Of a DNA stretch of 64,000 nt, positions 1 through 13,216 are shown piece after piece (positions within the stretch are counted from its first letter, which is position 1; every line of letters starts with the position of its first letter). The stretch lies in assembly GCA_002189035.1 (NCBI GenBank), contig NEEC01000018.1, positions 2,294,001 through 2,358,000 of the forward strand, given 5' to 3'. Origin of the DNA: Utricularia gibba (lineage: Eukaryota; Plantae; Magnoliophyta). A program made the position numbers and the translations under genes. The notes beneath the pieces were generated by a model. That model was given only the letters and a program-made list of their open reading frames with translations, was not told the origin of the DNA and did not search any database.

Positions 1-1653
1 AGTAGCGCCGTTCTTGAATCTCCTGGAGATACACCGGACCACCCCTCTGCTCGGTCTGGTGCTGTTGAAGGTTACGCTTCTGAAGATTTTGTTGTTGGAT
101 CGTCTTCCGGCCGCGAGAGAAAAAAAGGTTTGTTCTTTTCTTTTTCCTTAGTTGCCTTCAGTCCCTTTTTATCGAATTTTATTACAAATTTATGGCATTT
201 GGGTGAAATGGGAAACCAGCTCGACTGATATGCTGAGCATCAAGAAGATGTGTTTATTTATGTGATCATTTGCACGTGCATTTCATTTGGAAGCCGTTTA
301 TACAATCTCACCAACCTTTTACTGTATTCTCCGTTTGGAGTTCTTCGATCTCTCCGGAGCCTGTTTGATGTTACGTTCTGGATGAAAAGGCATTGTCTTC
401 ACTCACCGTGCATGTTTCCGCATTATGACTTCCGTTTTGCTGAGTTTGCTCCATAGTGTCGGTAGTTCAAAATGTATACATAATTGGCATTGTGTATGCT
501 GTTTTCTGGTTGTCTTGCTTTTGATTCTCGAATAGTCTTCGATATCTTTTTCAGGTGTTCCATGGACAGAAGAGGAGCATCGCTTGTTTTTGTTTGGATT
601 ACGAAAACTTGGTAAAGGTGACTGGAAAGGCATTGCTCAAAATTATGTAGTTTCCAGGACGCCTACGCAGGTTGCTAGCCATGCCCAAAAGTACTTCATT
701 CGACAGATTAAAGTCACTCGGAGAAAAAGGCGTTCGAGTCTGTTTGATATCATCGTGGATGAAGTAAGCACCTGTTTTTTATTAGCAAGATTCATGTTTA
801 GATAGACACACTTGCTGTAAACTTGCATAAGCAGCTCCTCGTTACCTGAAAAAGGAAATATTTTTACGGGGTGCTCAATGCGTGTCATGTTTGAAAGTAT
901 TTCAGCTTCTCCCCCAAGTCGAATTTCGAACTACTTATTCTTATTTTTCTGGGATGAATCTAGCTCGATTAATTTGGCAGCTTGCTCTTTTTTGCTGAAA
1001 TGCCCTCTCCTCTTTCTGATTTCTGAAATGCATTCCCTTTTTACAGTATGTTGTAGTGCTATGCATTTTTTGGAATAATTTTCACTTTACTGTTTAGCAG
1101 AGAGTTAAACTAATCATCTTTTGTCAATTTATATGTAGTTTGTTGATAATCCGGTTCAATCAAGAGACAGAGACTTCTTTTCAGTGAATCCAGATGCCAA
1201 CAAGAACAGCACCCCTCCACCCGTGGCTGTGGAAGAAGAATGTGAATCTATGGAGTCTGCAAACTATAAAAATGCAGAGAGTGCACTCCCCAACCCAAAG
1301 TCCCACAATACTCTCTCCCTATTGTTTATCCTGCTTATGTAGCTCCTGTCTTCCCTTTTCCAATCGGCCCTGTCTCGTTCTGGCCAGTATTTAGTACTGC
1401 AGAGCAGCAGCTTGAGCCCAGGGATGGGCTCGAGAAGGAGGAGGTTCATCAAGTGTTGAAGCCAACAGCTATACATGCAAAGACGACAATCAATGCAGAT
1501 GAGCTTGTCGGAATGTCGAAACTGAGCCTCACTGAATGCGTCCCATCTGCTCCATCCCTCAAACTGATCGATGCATCTGCGAGACCATCAGCATTCCATG
1601 TGAATCCTGGCTCTGGCAGCAGTTCCAGACACAACCCAATTCATGCTGTCTAG
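1..1653 (+). CDS. SHAQKYF-class single-repeat MYB transcription factor (MYBH/KUA1/MYBS3-like), 5' truncated by the window edge; apparent frameshift in the last exon
   Basis: Exons 1-127 ([19 protein letters not shown]), 555-763 ([13 protein letters not shown]...[12 protein letters not shown]...RRSSLFDI) and 1139-1653, with GT-AG introns. The C-terminal motif [26 protein letters not shown]...IHAV is in a different frame from EECESMES, placing a break between 1270 and 1318. Confidence 0.9.
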
Positions 1654-2531
1654 CCATACGGTGCTGTGTTAATAGGGCAGAAGCAGCACAACATAGGGAG
1701 GCAACTTTGATCACTAGTGATTATTTCATAACTGCAAGTGTTTTTGCAAATAAGTGTATCGTCTGCTTACAAGTGGAATAACTGAAGACGATGCCAGCCC
1801 CTTAACTTGCATGTTTATTTGGATCCTTTGTCAACAAAAATGAATCATGAATAAACTTATCCTGTAACTTTTCTCTTTTGATCAGCAAAGACGCTTATTC
1901 TGTAACTATTGGATTTTAAAACGTTTGCTTGTTCATTCTGCATGACGACTAAATCCACCACAACCCATCTCCAGAAAAGTGAAAGCAGCCAAGGTTGTAA
2001 AGTGCCTTATCAGACTGATTTTGTGATGAAGAAAGATCTATAATGTAGTACACATACGCTTCGTCTGTGAGTGGATGGTGATCGCGACAGTCGTCGAGAT
2101 GAGGCATTGAGTGGATGATGATCATGATATGGATCACGTAAAGTTGCATAAGCACACTGTCAGCAATGGAGATTGTGATCAAACTCATGCAGTGCACAAC
2201 AGAAAGTAGAAGCTGAAATCAGCACACTATCAAGGAGCGAAAGCAAGAACTAGAAGGATGCATAATGCAGCACCAAGTGATGGAAAGAAGTTCATGTATT
2301 TTGTCTTTAAGTGCTGTGGCTGCATTGAAGAGAAGCTCTGAAGGTGAAGTTGAATAGACAAATATATGTATACACAGTACAACAGTAATTCCTCAGTCCT
2401 ACACAGTTACTGGAACTTGTCCAGTGCTGTGGCTGTTTAGGTTCATTCTTTGTATCTGACTGGAGTTCATCAACATTCTAATGTAGTTTACTTATTGCCA
2501 TCAATAAGATAATTAGGAGGATGACAAGGGA

Positions 2532-3474
2532 TTAATTGAAACTGGAGCCCTTGGATGATGCTAATGCTGATCGCTGAGCGGTTGATCTTCTAATAGACTC
2601 AATCCTCTGCAACCTGATTTGTTCTCTGAACTTGGCTATGAATTCATCTGCTTTCTTATCCACATCAGGCCCCAAATCCTCCTTTTCAACTGGGCTTCCC
2701 CTGTTAGTATAATCATCCTTTTCACCATCACTTTCACTGCTCTCACTACTCTCCACCACCCCTTCTTCTTCTTCTTCTTCTGAAACATATTTTTTCACCT
2801 CCTCCGCCATCGGTGATCGCAATGCTCGACTCGGTATACCGGAGTTGGATTTCATTTTCTTGAGTGACCGTGGGGGAGGCGGAGGCGGGGGCGGAGATGG
2901 AATCGAAAAGGTTTTCTTCATCTCCTTTAATCGCGATCGCCGTGGAATCGGCGGGGAAGAACAAAGCTGCTTTTCCTTTCTTCTTCTCCTCCCCTTCTGG
3001 TTCCTCATTTCTCTGCTTCAGTGTCCTAACAGGCAAAAGCAGAGGCTTTTCCTCTCCTTTCGCAATAACAGTAACAGGGGACACCTTCTGATGCATCAGG
3101 CTCCACTTATTAACAACCTTACCAGCATCATTCCCCTCTATCTCCGCCGCAACCTCGCTCTCCTCGTCGAAAATCGACGAGACATGAAGCAATCTCGATA
3201 AGTAAGTCTGCGAGTTGCAACTCTGAATGTTGTTATCCTTGTCAGACTCATCGTTCTTCTTGCTAAATAAACCGTAAGAAACAGCCAACCCCACGAAAAT
3301 AAGCTGGAGAAGCTCCCAGCTTCTAGCGTGAATAGCTGAATTCACAAACTCGGGAGCAAGGGAAGGAATCAGAACAAGAACCAGAGCCAAAACCGCAGCT
3401 CTGAAAAGAAAATGCCTGAACGACGACAGCGACGACGTCTTGGGTTTGAAAGACTGGGAAACTGCATCGTCCAT
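2532..3474 (-). CDS. DUF761 / hydroxyproline-rich cotton-fibre-expressed family protein, single exon, split by a frameshift
   Basis: The N-terminal frame (ORF 2746-3474) has the TM segment and SWELLQLIFVGLAVSYGLFSKKN plus KPLLLPVRTLK. The second frame (ORF 2532-3008) has SPPIPRRSR, a poly-Pro run and the DUF761 signature PDVDKKADEFIAKFREQIRLQRIES. The frame switches at ~2963-3010. Confidence 0.85.
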
Positions 3475-6400
3475 GGAATACTGAGAAACGCGGGTTGAAG
3501 GTTGAGGTGGAAGCAGGGAAAGAAGAAGAAGGAAGCCTTAAGGAGTAAGCAAAGGATAAATAACAGACATGACACGACCAGCAAAAGCTTTGAACCACTT
3601 ATTCATTCTTTTTTCTTCCCCATGAAAACGTTGAAATTGCAAAGAAAACCATCGCCCACATGGTGAAGAGAGAATCGTTGGCCACCTTTTGGACAGTGTA
3701 CGCAAGTTCAGTTTTCGAATGAATGGATGTCCTGTCTCTTTCTTCTCTGTCCAAATTCGTTGATTCTCGAACATTCCCCAGTCCAGCGAGCCGCCAGCCG
3801 GCTGCAAATGAGGCCCGATAATGGTCTACAACTTCGACCTCTACAAACCGCCCAATAACAGCCCAACAACGAGGGATCCATGAAGGGTCTCCTGGGCCTT
3901 GACTTCCCATCCCCAGCGAGGTGGACAGGAGACCTGGGCATCGTCACAGAGGAAGCTGTTGCCTCTCTGTACATTCAAATCGATGAAAAAGTAAAGGGTA
4001 TGGATGGATGGATGGATTGCGTTCTTTTTTTGAAAAAGAGTTTTGTATTATTAGAACAATAAATCCTACTTCACATTTAAAAATTGAAATAATTAATTAT
4101 ATAATAAATTATAAATCATTAATAATTGAATTTCGTATCATCTATTACATCTTTAATTTCAATATGCATCACTCATTTCATGTGTATTTCTCAAACACCA
4201 CATGTAACTTTCTGCTTTAGCCTCGCGTCTTGGTTCTAGTAGTTGTGATCTGAAGTGGGATGCAGAATGATATTTCCGGAATGACATTGACAACACTCAT
4301 TTGGAAAAGAAAGAATCCGGAACGAGAGAATGATCAATTTTTGGCATTTATTAAGACAAGGAGCATGGGTGCTCTCCTTTTCATCTTTGTTTACTCCTTT
4401 TCTCCGTGGCTGCAATTTGTTGAACTTTTGTGGGAAGAAAGGACGCAACTTTGCTAACCCCCATGTGCTCCGCTCCCATCAACTTCATCTCTACTTGTCT
4501 AAATCATTTCACACTAATCACCAACACATTAGAATACAAATCCAGCACCCCAAAGCAGATTGATCGAGAAAGGGAATTGCTGTGCGCATTCTACTTTCGA
4601 TGGGTTTAGGGTAGAATCCAGTTCTGAACGAAAACTGGTTTAGAATCCACTTCCAAACTTCGGACAATTTACAGCTGAACTAACACACAAGATGGCCTAC
4701 ACACAGAAAACCATCTCGATCTGCCTCGTGGGCTGAAGATTCCATCTACCTAACAAAAAAACTAAAAGCAAGCATATGGTAAAGCAGATGAGTTTCAAGG
4801 AAGAAAGTAAGAGTGTAGAAGAACAAACAAAAAGTTAAGGGTAACATGCGCACACATGCACTTTGCAAAAGCAACGATCTAAAAGAATGAAAAAGCTGCT
4901 CTTTATGAACCATATTGTTATTATCCCTACTATTCAAGATTCCATATGAGTTTCATCATATTTTCCCTCCACTCACGACCACTGTCTCCCTCCCTCTTCT
5001 TCTCCCTGCTCCTAATCTTGTCTCCACTTCGGACCGTACACCTCATAAGATACATCGCAACTTTGCAAGGTCTCCAAATCACTAATCAAGTATTAAAGCA
5101 CTAATCTTGAGTCTTCATCACCACGAGAGCTTAATCTCTTTACAAAACAGTGTAGGTTAAGTTAATTAATCTATATTTCACAGTTTTACCTCGAATGTAA
5201 GAATTCTGAATAAGGGGTATGAAAACTTTTTTTTTTTCAGGCTAAATTTTAAAAGTAAAAAAGAATTCAAATTTGAGGGGGCGACAACCGCTACCCCTCG
5301 TGTGGGTCTCCCCCAAATTGTCTTTATCAAAAGTTTTATACTATATGGAACCTTAAGATACCTTTTATTTATGGGATTATATGAATTTTAAATAAGGATT
5401 ATAAATTATACTATATTTGGTTTGTAGATTTAAATAAGTTCAATATTATATGGATTTTTTTAATCTTATGTACATAAACTTATTTAAAACTGCATATTTT
5501 CTTTACTTTACTTAAAATCTATTAATTTCATTTGCAATCCCAATAACTAACTAAAAAATTAATATTATCGCATCAAATTTATTTAAACACAAGTAAATTA
5601 AACCCGTTTTATCTTATTCATATCAACCAAAAACTGCCTAAATGGGTCAATTTTAACCAATTTATGTTATGAATCATATATAAAAAGTGATTATTGTCCA
5701 TTGAGGATACCGTACAATGTGATTCGCCCTAATCATGCCGCATTTGCTTCTCGATTATGCCATTGATGGAGTTCATTATGATCACACACTTTCCATATCA
5801 TTCATGGAGGTGTCAGATGCATTCATTAAACGCAGCATGCATGCATGTCATCTACCCATGATCCATGCTCATAATTAATTATGCCACACAATGCGTCTAA
5901 TCATCCTCTCTAATTTAACAGCTCAAAACGGGGGAAAATCAGAGTTACCGCGGGTAAATACCTGGAACGAAAGCGCTATATTTTATTTCATTCGAATCAT
6001 GAGCATACCAGTAAATAATAATAATATTATATTATATGTGAATACATTGCATGAAAGTTTGTGCATATCTATATATGTTTGAATTATTGTTGAAGTCAGA
6101 GCAGAAGACAGTGTGTGATGTGGATGGCTCGTTGAGTTTCACCTTTTTTACCTACCCACGAATTGAATTCTCACCGCCTTGGGTTTAATTACCATTTGTT
6201 GTTTTTACATTGATTACGTGTCTAAATTTATTTAATGCACGTTTGAAAATATTCGAAGTCGGAGCGGGAGTGCGGGTCGACACGGCATGATTCGGGTAAC
6301 AGTAACTTAAATCGATGGAAATTATTATTTAATGCATTTTATTGGTGTAAAATGAAGGAGGGGCGAGTGTCAGAGTCATCTCCTAGACAGAGGTAGGGCT

Positions 6401-7666
6401 GTAAAAGGCTGCAGCCGGAGCTGACCGCAACAGCATCATTGCGTTGCCTTCTGTTGATTTCCTTGCCTCCACGTATTCGCGTATGGGTATGGGTATGTAT
6501 TATTATGGTAATTATTAATTTACCACTAAAAGCAACCCGAAAAGTCAGACCGGAAAAGCATGCAAGTGGCCGGCCGGCGGGCGGGCTTTTTAGTTTTTAT
6601 TGCCTTCAATGATGCTCCTCGGGGACTGTGACTATTGAATTACAGGCCCTACGCTCTTTTCGCTTTTGTGGATTCACATTTTCCCTTTTACATTTTTTTC
6701 TGATGTAATGGAGAGTGGGAGAAGAAGAAGAAGCTGAACATGGGGGAGGAGTAATAAAAGGGGGAGAGATGAAGAAGATGGGTCGCATTTAAGGTGTGGC
6801 ACTGAAAAGCATGGCGATGGATGAACCAAACAAACAAACATTTATGCTATCCGCCAGCCAGCGCGCCAGCCCGGCGCAGGGCAGGGCAGCGCAGCGCAGC
6901 GCGGCACAGACACCTCTGCGGCCTAATACTCCAAGCGCCAAATCCAAACGACAAAAAAATCTGTAGCCCTCGGAGAGAGCCCTCTGGAATCACATTTAAT
7001 GAGTCGCCCCCTCCCATAACACAACATCTTACGTCTCTTTCTCTCCACAATTCCCCACGCAAACCCAAATCTCCCGCTGCCACTTCCCATGTGCGACAGC
7101 ACCCTTCCTCCAAACTCACCGGCTTCCCCCTACTTCTCCCCTCCATTCCACTCCGCTATGTCGTACCAGACATTCTGTCTTTATGAGAAAGCTAGGGAGT
7201 GTCTACTGTTTTGGGTCATAGTTTTTATGTTCCGTTTAGCAATAAACACTGATATCAAAATGGAGAGCACCAGCAATGGTGCATTGTAAGGAATTTGTGC
7301 ATAGAAATATAATCTTTCCAAAGCAGGCACATTTTCAGGCCTTTCGGGTCAGAATTCAGTACTCTATGCTTCCAAGATTCCAAGGAGAATGAGAACAAGT
7401 GTTTGTGTTAAGGGAACCGCTCGGCGTTGGTTTATGCGAAAAGGAAAAAAAAACCAAACAAGTGAAAACTCCAAGGAGAAAGAGGAATGAAATAGGGTTT
7501 TAGTACAAGGGAAAAAACAGGAACAACTGTCAACCAATGGGATAAAATTCCCAAGGACCAATTTGCATGCTCTACCTCTTGTCTTTTTTTCTAATCATTT
7601 TTTTTATTTGATATCAGGATCTTATCTGATCATCATGGACACGTGGCTACACTACATTTGATTAGG

Positions 7667-9326
7667 TTAACATTGAGCGCCACCGCGGTTGGGTGCTGTG
7701 GTTGCTGATTCCCATTCCTTGAGTGCGGCGGTGATGTAACTCAGCTCCATCGACGACGAGCCTTCGGGTGTCTGTGATTCCTTTACGTTCTTGCACGAAT
7801 GATGCCACGTCATCAATGACATGGCGGCCGCCATTTGCTCCGCCGCGTACTTCCGCAGCGCCTGCGCTCTCTGTAGCTCCGCCTGTGCCTGCTGCCGGAT
7901 TCTCTTCGCGTTCCCGAACTCCAACTCTGCGGCCTCCATCTGCCGCTTGGCTTCCTTCCTAGCATCCTCCGCGTACGCCTTCTCCGCCATCGCCTTTCTA
8001 AGCTGCTCCTCAGCCGTCGGTTTTTCGCCGGCGGATTCCGAGGACCCGATTGAAAGCTGGAGCTGCGTTGACTGATCTTCCTCGTTTCTAGTGAGGAGCT
8101 GGAGTTCAATACTCGGCGGCCATGACCGGAATCCGCTCGTCTCCGCCCCGTTTGTTATCACAGAAGCTACCGTGAGATTGGCCTCGCTTGAAGGACACGG
8201 CGGCGGGGCCAGAGGTTGATGAAGATGCTGGGTATCTGATCGGATTCTTCTCATTTCGCAAGAATCTTGATGTTCGATGAAACTCTCCACCCTGAACCAA
8301 AATCCAACATTCAAAACAACGAAACAAATTCAAAAAACAAAAAAAAAATTCAAATACATTACTAGTTACTACGATAATTGCTCGAGAAAGAAGATCATTC
8401 ATTTCTGCAGTTCACCCCCCAAACAGTAAATGTCAGCAGCTTTCCGTTCGCAAAAAAAGCAGCTTTACGTTCACTTTATGTATCTATATACCCGTTTTTG
8501 TGTATCATATTCTTGAACTCCGTGCGCAGCTAATTTGACTAAACAACTCCCGTAATACAACAGTGAAAGCAATCAGACAGACACAACTTCTTCTGTCTAA
8601 AAGATTCCAAATTCTTTCAAATGAAAAAACAAAAGAAGAATACAGAAACTCAGAAATTCATACCTAAGAAGACATCCTCGCACTGAATACGATGAAGGAA
8701 GAAGAAGAAGAACAAGAAGGATGCATTAATTCATCATACGGTAGCTACGCGTACCTGGAAAATACGCGGCCGCAGTCGCAGGAATGGCCGCGAGTACCGC
8801 AGGTTTTGAGATGGGCCTTATAATCGGACTGTACGGCGTAGCCCTTGGAGCACTTGTCACAAACCCATTGGCGGTGGCTGCTATGTTTACGGCGGAAGTG
8901 TTTCTTGATCCCGACAAGATCGCCGAGAGCGTGGCAGGGGTCGTGGTGGAGGCAAGTGGGTTCGGGGCAAACGTAGACCCGTTTTCTAACAACCGGGTTC
9001 TCCCGTTTCAGAAGCTTCCACGGCACCTTGTGGCGGCGCCGGTGCATCTGGAGATTCTGATCGCGTTGGAACCCTTGGTTGCAGATCTCGCAGACGTATC
9101 GGTCTGATTCTAGAAGGGTTCTTGGGGATAGCGACACCACTTCCGCGTCCGGATCTGGATTACAAGAAGAAAAACAAGCAAATCCTATCAACAGAAGCAA
9201 GCAGAAATCAAAATGGGGTTCTGAGTGCAGCATTCGTTTTTGGGCACCTGGGGTTCCCGCGGGGCGGCGGCGGCGTTTGCTGGTGACGGGTTCCTCCGCC
9301 GGAGTTGAAAATTGGTGGTGGTTCAT
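7667..9326 (-). CDS. INDETERMINATE-domain C2H2 zinc finger protein, IDD14/15(SGR5)/16 clade
   Basis: Exons 9326-9248, 9154-8755 and 8291-7667. Contains the ID-domain motifs YVCEICNQGFQRDQNLQMHRRRHKVPW, GIKKHFRRKH, SDYKAHLKTCGTRGHSCDCGRVFSRVESFIEHQD, and a C-terminal coiled coil EQLRKAMAEKAYAEDARKEAKRQ. Confidence 0.95.
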
Positions 9327-11212
9327 GTCTAGGGTCACCGAAAAAAGAGATTCGACGAGGAGCGGAGGGAGGAAAATTGGGATCGTAGCCTTGCAGAAGG
9401 AAAATCTATGGAGATTGGGAGTTTTTTACTGCTTTCTGTGTTGCCATGGAATTTCTGGCGACACTTTTGTCTTTGAGTTGGTGCCGGTGGTGCGGATGCC
9501 GGGCTTGGCTTTGCTTCATTATAAACCTATTCAGCCAACGCCAAAACAAGTATAAATAAATAAATAATAAATAAATGCATACACATGCGGCTGATGTGGC
9601 CGGCGGTACCGTACACATAGACCACAAACCCCGTTTTCTCAACTAATTTCACATACCTCTTACAACACAATACATAGGATTACATTACATGTACTATGTA
9701 TTCCGTACGCATGTCATCCCCGTAAAAACTTTCTACTGTTCATATAAATCATGATTCATAGAATTTTTTTTATTTTAAAAATAATTTTTTTATATATTTA
9801 ACTATATTCGTAAAATGTGAAAATAAAACTTATAATACATGATTTTGTAAGATATATAATGAATTAGATATTTAGTCTTTGAAAAACCGTAAGTCTTCGT
9901 ATTCGTATCCGTTACTGGTAATTCATAAATTATAATTTTACGGATAAGTTGAACCGGTAATTGGCTTCCGGTGTTTGGTAGTGGGTAAGAATGCGATGGG
10001 ATGGCCGGGTTTTGAAGAAATGAGATTTGATAAACAGAGGAGAAGGGTTGGGCTGCTGGGGATTTAGGGTGATGAACACCAGGCCTAGAGTAAGTGGGTT
10101 TGCCAGTCTCCATTTTTGTTGGGTCGATGTGCGCGCCTACTGTGTAATTGTCTTCTTGTCCTAACAAGTCTGGGCGGCCTTCAAAACACAGCGAAAGCCC
10201 TTTGCTGTGGTCGCATCTCGGGCGGCACCTTGAGGATTGAGGGGAGGTCCCCTGATCCTCTGCTTGTCCGTAACTAGCTCGAGGTCCCTGCTTTGTTAGG
10301 CTTTAGAGAAGCGGCAGTGGTATCCCCACTACTTTCTGGGAACAAGGGCCGTTAGGGGAACTTGGGATGCTTCACCCAGAGTGCTCAAGACACACTGGGA
10401 TACGTGGGGGGATGGGAAAAGGGATCAGACCAACCCATTTCCCTCTCATCTTATTGAGTTTTTTTTTTTTAGTTCTCAATTCTGATGTGAAATTAGAGTT
10501 TTATTCTGATATTCCCTACGGAGGATCACACAAATGAATTGCTAAGATGGGAGCAACAACAGGATCTCCCCCACACAGAAGGGGAAGAAGATGATACTAG
10601 TGTCTGTTTAAAAGTAATAGTAATAATAATTAATTTATTTGTATCTATCCTCTGCTTGTATTATTGGACTGGTACACCTCTGCGATCCCTAACAAGTAAA
10701 GAATTCATTCCTCGGCTAACTTCTTGATTGGCTCGGCTCAATTTCGTTATGTTTCTCGCCTAGTTTTGTTGCGCTTGCGGACCTCCTCGAGCTTTTAAAT
10801 TCTCTTCGATGACAGATTCGGTGCAGGGATTCCTTGGGATTGGGTTCCCCAACTTGGATAGATCTCCTACTCTCTGAATCGGGAGAGAATTTTGAGGTGA
10901 TTTAAGTTTTATGGAGATATTCTTAAATGCCCAAGATTGATGAAGCTTTGTTTTTTGAGTGTGGGTATGCTGATTTTTGGGGAAGCAGATCTGAAAATGA
11001 GCTCTAGTTATTGTTATTTCTTGTCAAGATTCTTAAACTAGTGGAGGTGTTTAGTTCTGAGAAAATTTCGTCTGACAAGCTTGAAGGCATGGGAATGAGT
11101 TTCTCATCTCCTATCTCTCAGGTGAACCTGGACTGAACTCACCTTTCTTTTACTGACGAGAGCTTGCATTAAGGAGCCTGGATAGAGTGGGATCGTGTTG
11201 TTGGGTGAGAGA

Positions 11213-12985
11213 ATGGGAGGTGTGACTTCATCTATGGCAGCAAAGTTGGCCTTTTTCCCGCCAACGCCGCCAAGCTACAAGCTTGTGACAGATGAATACA
11301 CGGGCTTGTTGCTCTTACACCCTTATCCCCACAGGGAAAATGTGCAGATTCTCAAGCTTTCAACACGCAGGGCCACGGAAATTGTTGCCATGTACGTGAC
11401 CTATCCCATGGCTACTTCCACACTCCTGTATTCTCACGGTAACGCTGCAGATATTGGCCAGATGTACGAGCTCTTTATCGAGCTTAGCATTCATCTCAAA
11501 GTTAATGTCATGGGGTAATTGCTTTGATTCATTTTATCAATTCCATTTTTCGTTGGCATCAAGTTCTGGGTTTTCTATAGTTGATCCGTGCGTTTTTTTT
11601 TATTACTTGATGTGATTTCAGTATTTGCATGATGAGTTGCGTGCTCCAAGTTTTTTTTCTTCCTCTAAATAGAATATTCACCGCAGCTTCATTTCCATTT
11701 TTGTTTCTTTTCTTGTTATTCCAAAATATTCAGAAGATAGAGATATGAATAGATGCCATCTTCTATTCCGATGCTTCGTAGTGTATAATTTATTGATTTA
11801 TTGCTTTACACAAATCTTACTCCAAATTGTTTTGTCTGTACTCAACCTCATCAGGTATGATTACTCTGGCTATGGACAATCTTCTGGGAAGGTGCTGTAA
11901 AACAAATCAAAATTTCAGATTTTACTTTTAGTTGCATCTTATCAAGCTTATGAAATTTCCTATCACAGCCAAGTGAGCATAACACCTACGCAGACATAGA
12001 AGCTGTCTACAAATGTCTTGAAGAGTTTTACGGGGCCAAGCAAGAAGATGTCATCCTATATGGTCAATCTGTTGGTAGCGGCCCTACAGTCAATCTTGCA
12101 TGCCGTTTGCCTCGACTGAAGGCAGTTGTTTTGCATAGTCCTATTTCATCAGGCTTAAGAGTAATGTACCCTGTGAAGCGAACATATTGGTTTGACATCT
12201 ATAAGGTGAGCGAGTGGATGGTGAATACATACAGACCTATTCATTGCTGTTCCCTTTGCTTATTTCTACCGTTTTTCAACTTGTTAGTCAATCTGCGCCT
12301 CTCTAAATGCCGGTGATAATTTTGCAGAATATCGATAAAATAGCACTGGTGAAGTGCCCCGTTCTAGTTATTCATGTAAGTTTGTGCTATGCAACTATAT
12401 TGATTCCAAGTAACTTGAGCAGCTATCTTTTCTGGATGATCAAAACTTGGCACATTTCTGCTTTGTACTTTTGTGAATCAGGGTACAGCTGATGATGTCG
12501 TCCATTGTTCCCACGGAAAAGAACTTTATGAACTATGCCAGGAGAAGTACGAGCCCCTTTGGATAAAGGGAGGCAACCATTGCAACTTAGAACTGTACCC
12601 GGAGTACATCAAGCACCTAAAGAGGTTCATAACATATGTAGAGAAGCCTCTGTCAGTGAGGAAGCTTTCAAGAAAAAGCGTAGACCATCCCCAACAATAT
12701 TGGAGCACAGAGACCAGCAGCATGGGGACTCCCAGAAAGAGCACAGATCAGCAACAGAAGCCTAGACGCAGCGTTGACAAACTCAAAGTGTTGGAATTCA
12801 AGTTTCACAGCGGCAACAGCAGGTTCTCAAAGCAGAAGGTGTCACTGGATCAAGTGGAACGATCAACAAGACCTGGCATGGAATACCACCTCGAGAAGCC
12901 AAGGAGAAGCACCAGCATCGAGTTCGAGTTGGAGAAAGGGCGGAAAAGCATGGACTGGCTGGACAGAATCCGGCCAACTACATGA
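11213..12985 (+). CDS. ABHD17: ABHD17-like alpha/beta hydrolase (protein de-S-acylase, ABAPT family)
   Basis: Exons 11213-11514, 11855-11891, 11969-12205, 12328-12375 and 12482-12985. N-terminus [32 protein letters not shown], nucleophile motif GQSVGSGP, and catalytic Asp/His motifs GTADDVV and GGNHCNLE. Confidence 0.95.
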
Positions 12986-13216
12986 GGTTTTGCTGTGAGC
13001 ACCGAAGAAGAAAAGGTGTGTAAGTTATGGAGGTGTAGGGTGGTTTGGTATAGCTTGGTCTCACTACATCCATTAGTCAACGCTCAGAACTACCCCTCTC
13101 TCACAGTCTCTTCTGTCACCTGTTAGGAAGTTCATCTCTCTCTATGCTGGATCCATTTATTACGTCATCACAATAAAAACAAAACAAAATTACCAAATTA
13201 AAAGTAACGGCCGGCC

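Noticed and set aside
1988-2008. CAGCCAAGG resembling the miR169 seed (also TGCCAAAGG near 17514, resembling miR399)
   Set aside because: The match stops after 9 nt and there is no fold-back partner.
2116-2215. Possible C/D snoRNA (ATGATGA...CTGA)
   Set aside because: No terminal stem and no rRNA-complementary guide that I could recognise.
2845-3201. Plus-strand 118-aa ORF, and similar ORFs at 7821-8075, 8784-9107, 9079-9555, 46561-47001 and 50388-50759
   Set aside because: Antisense shadows of well-supported genes on the opposite strand, with no family motifs.
9990-10470. GC-rich segment as a LINE/RNase H remnant
   Set aside because: No convincing catalytic motifs in any frame.
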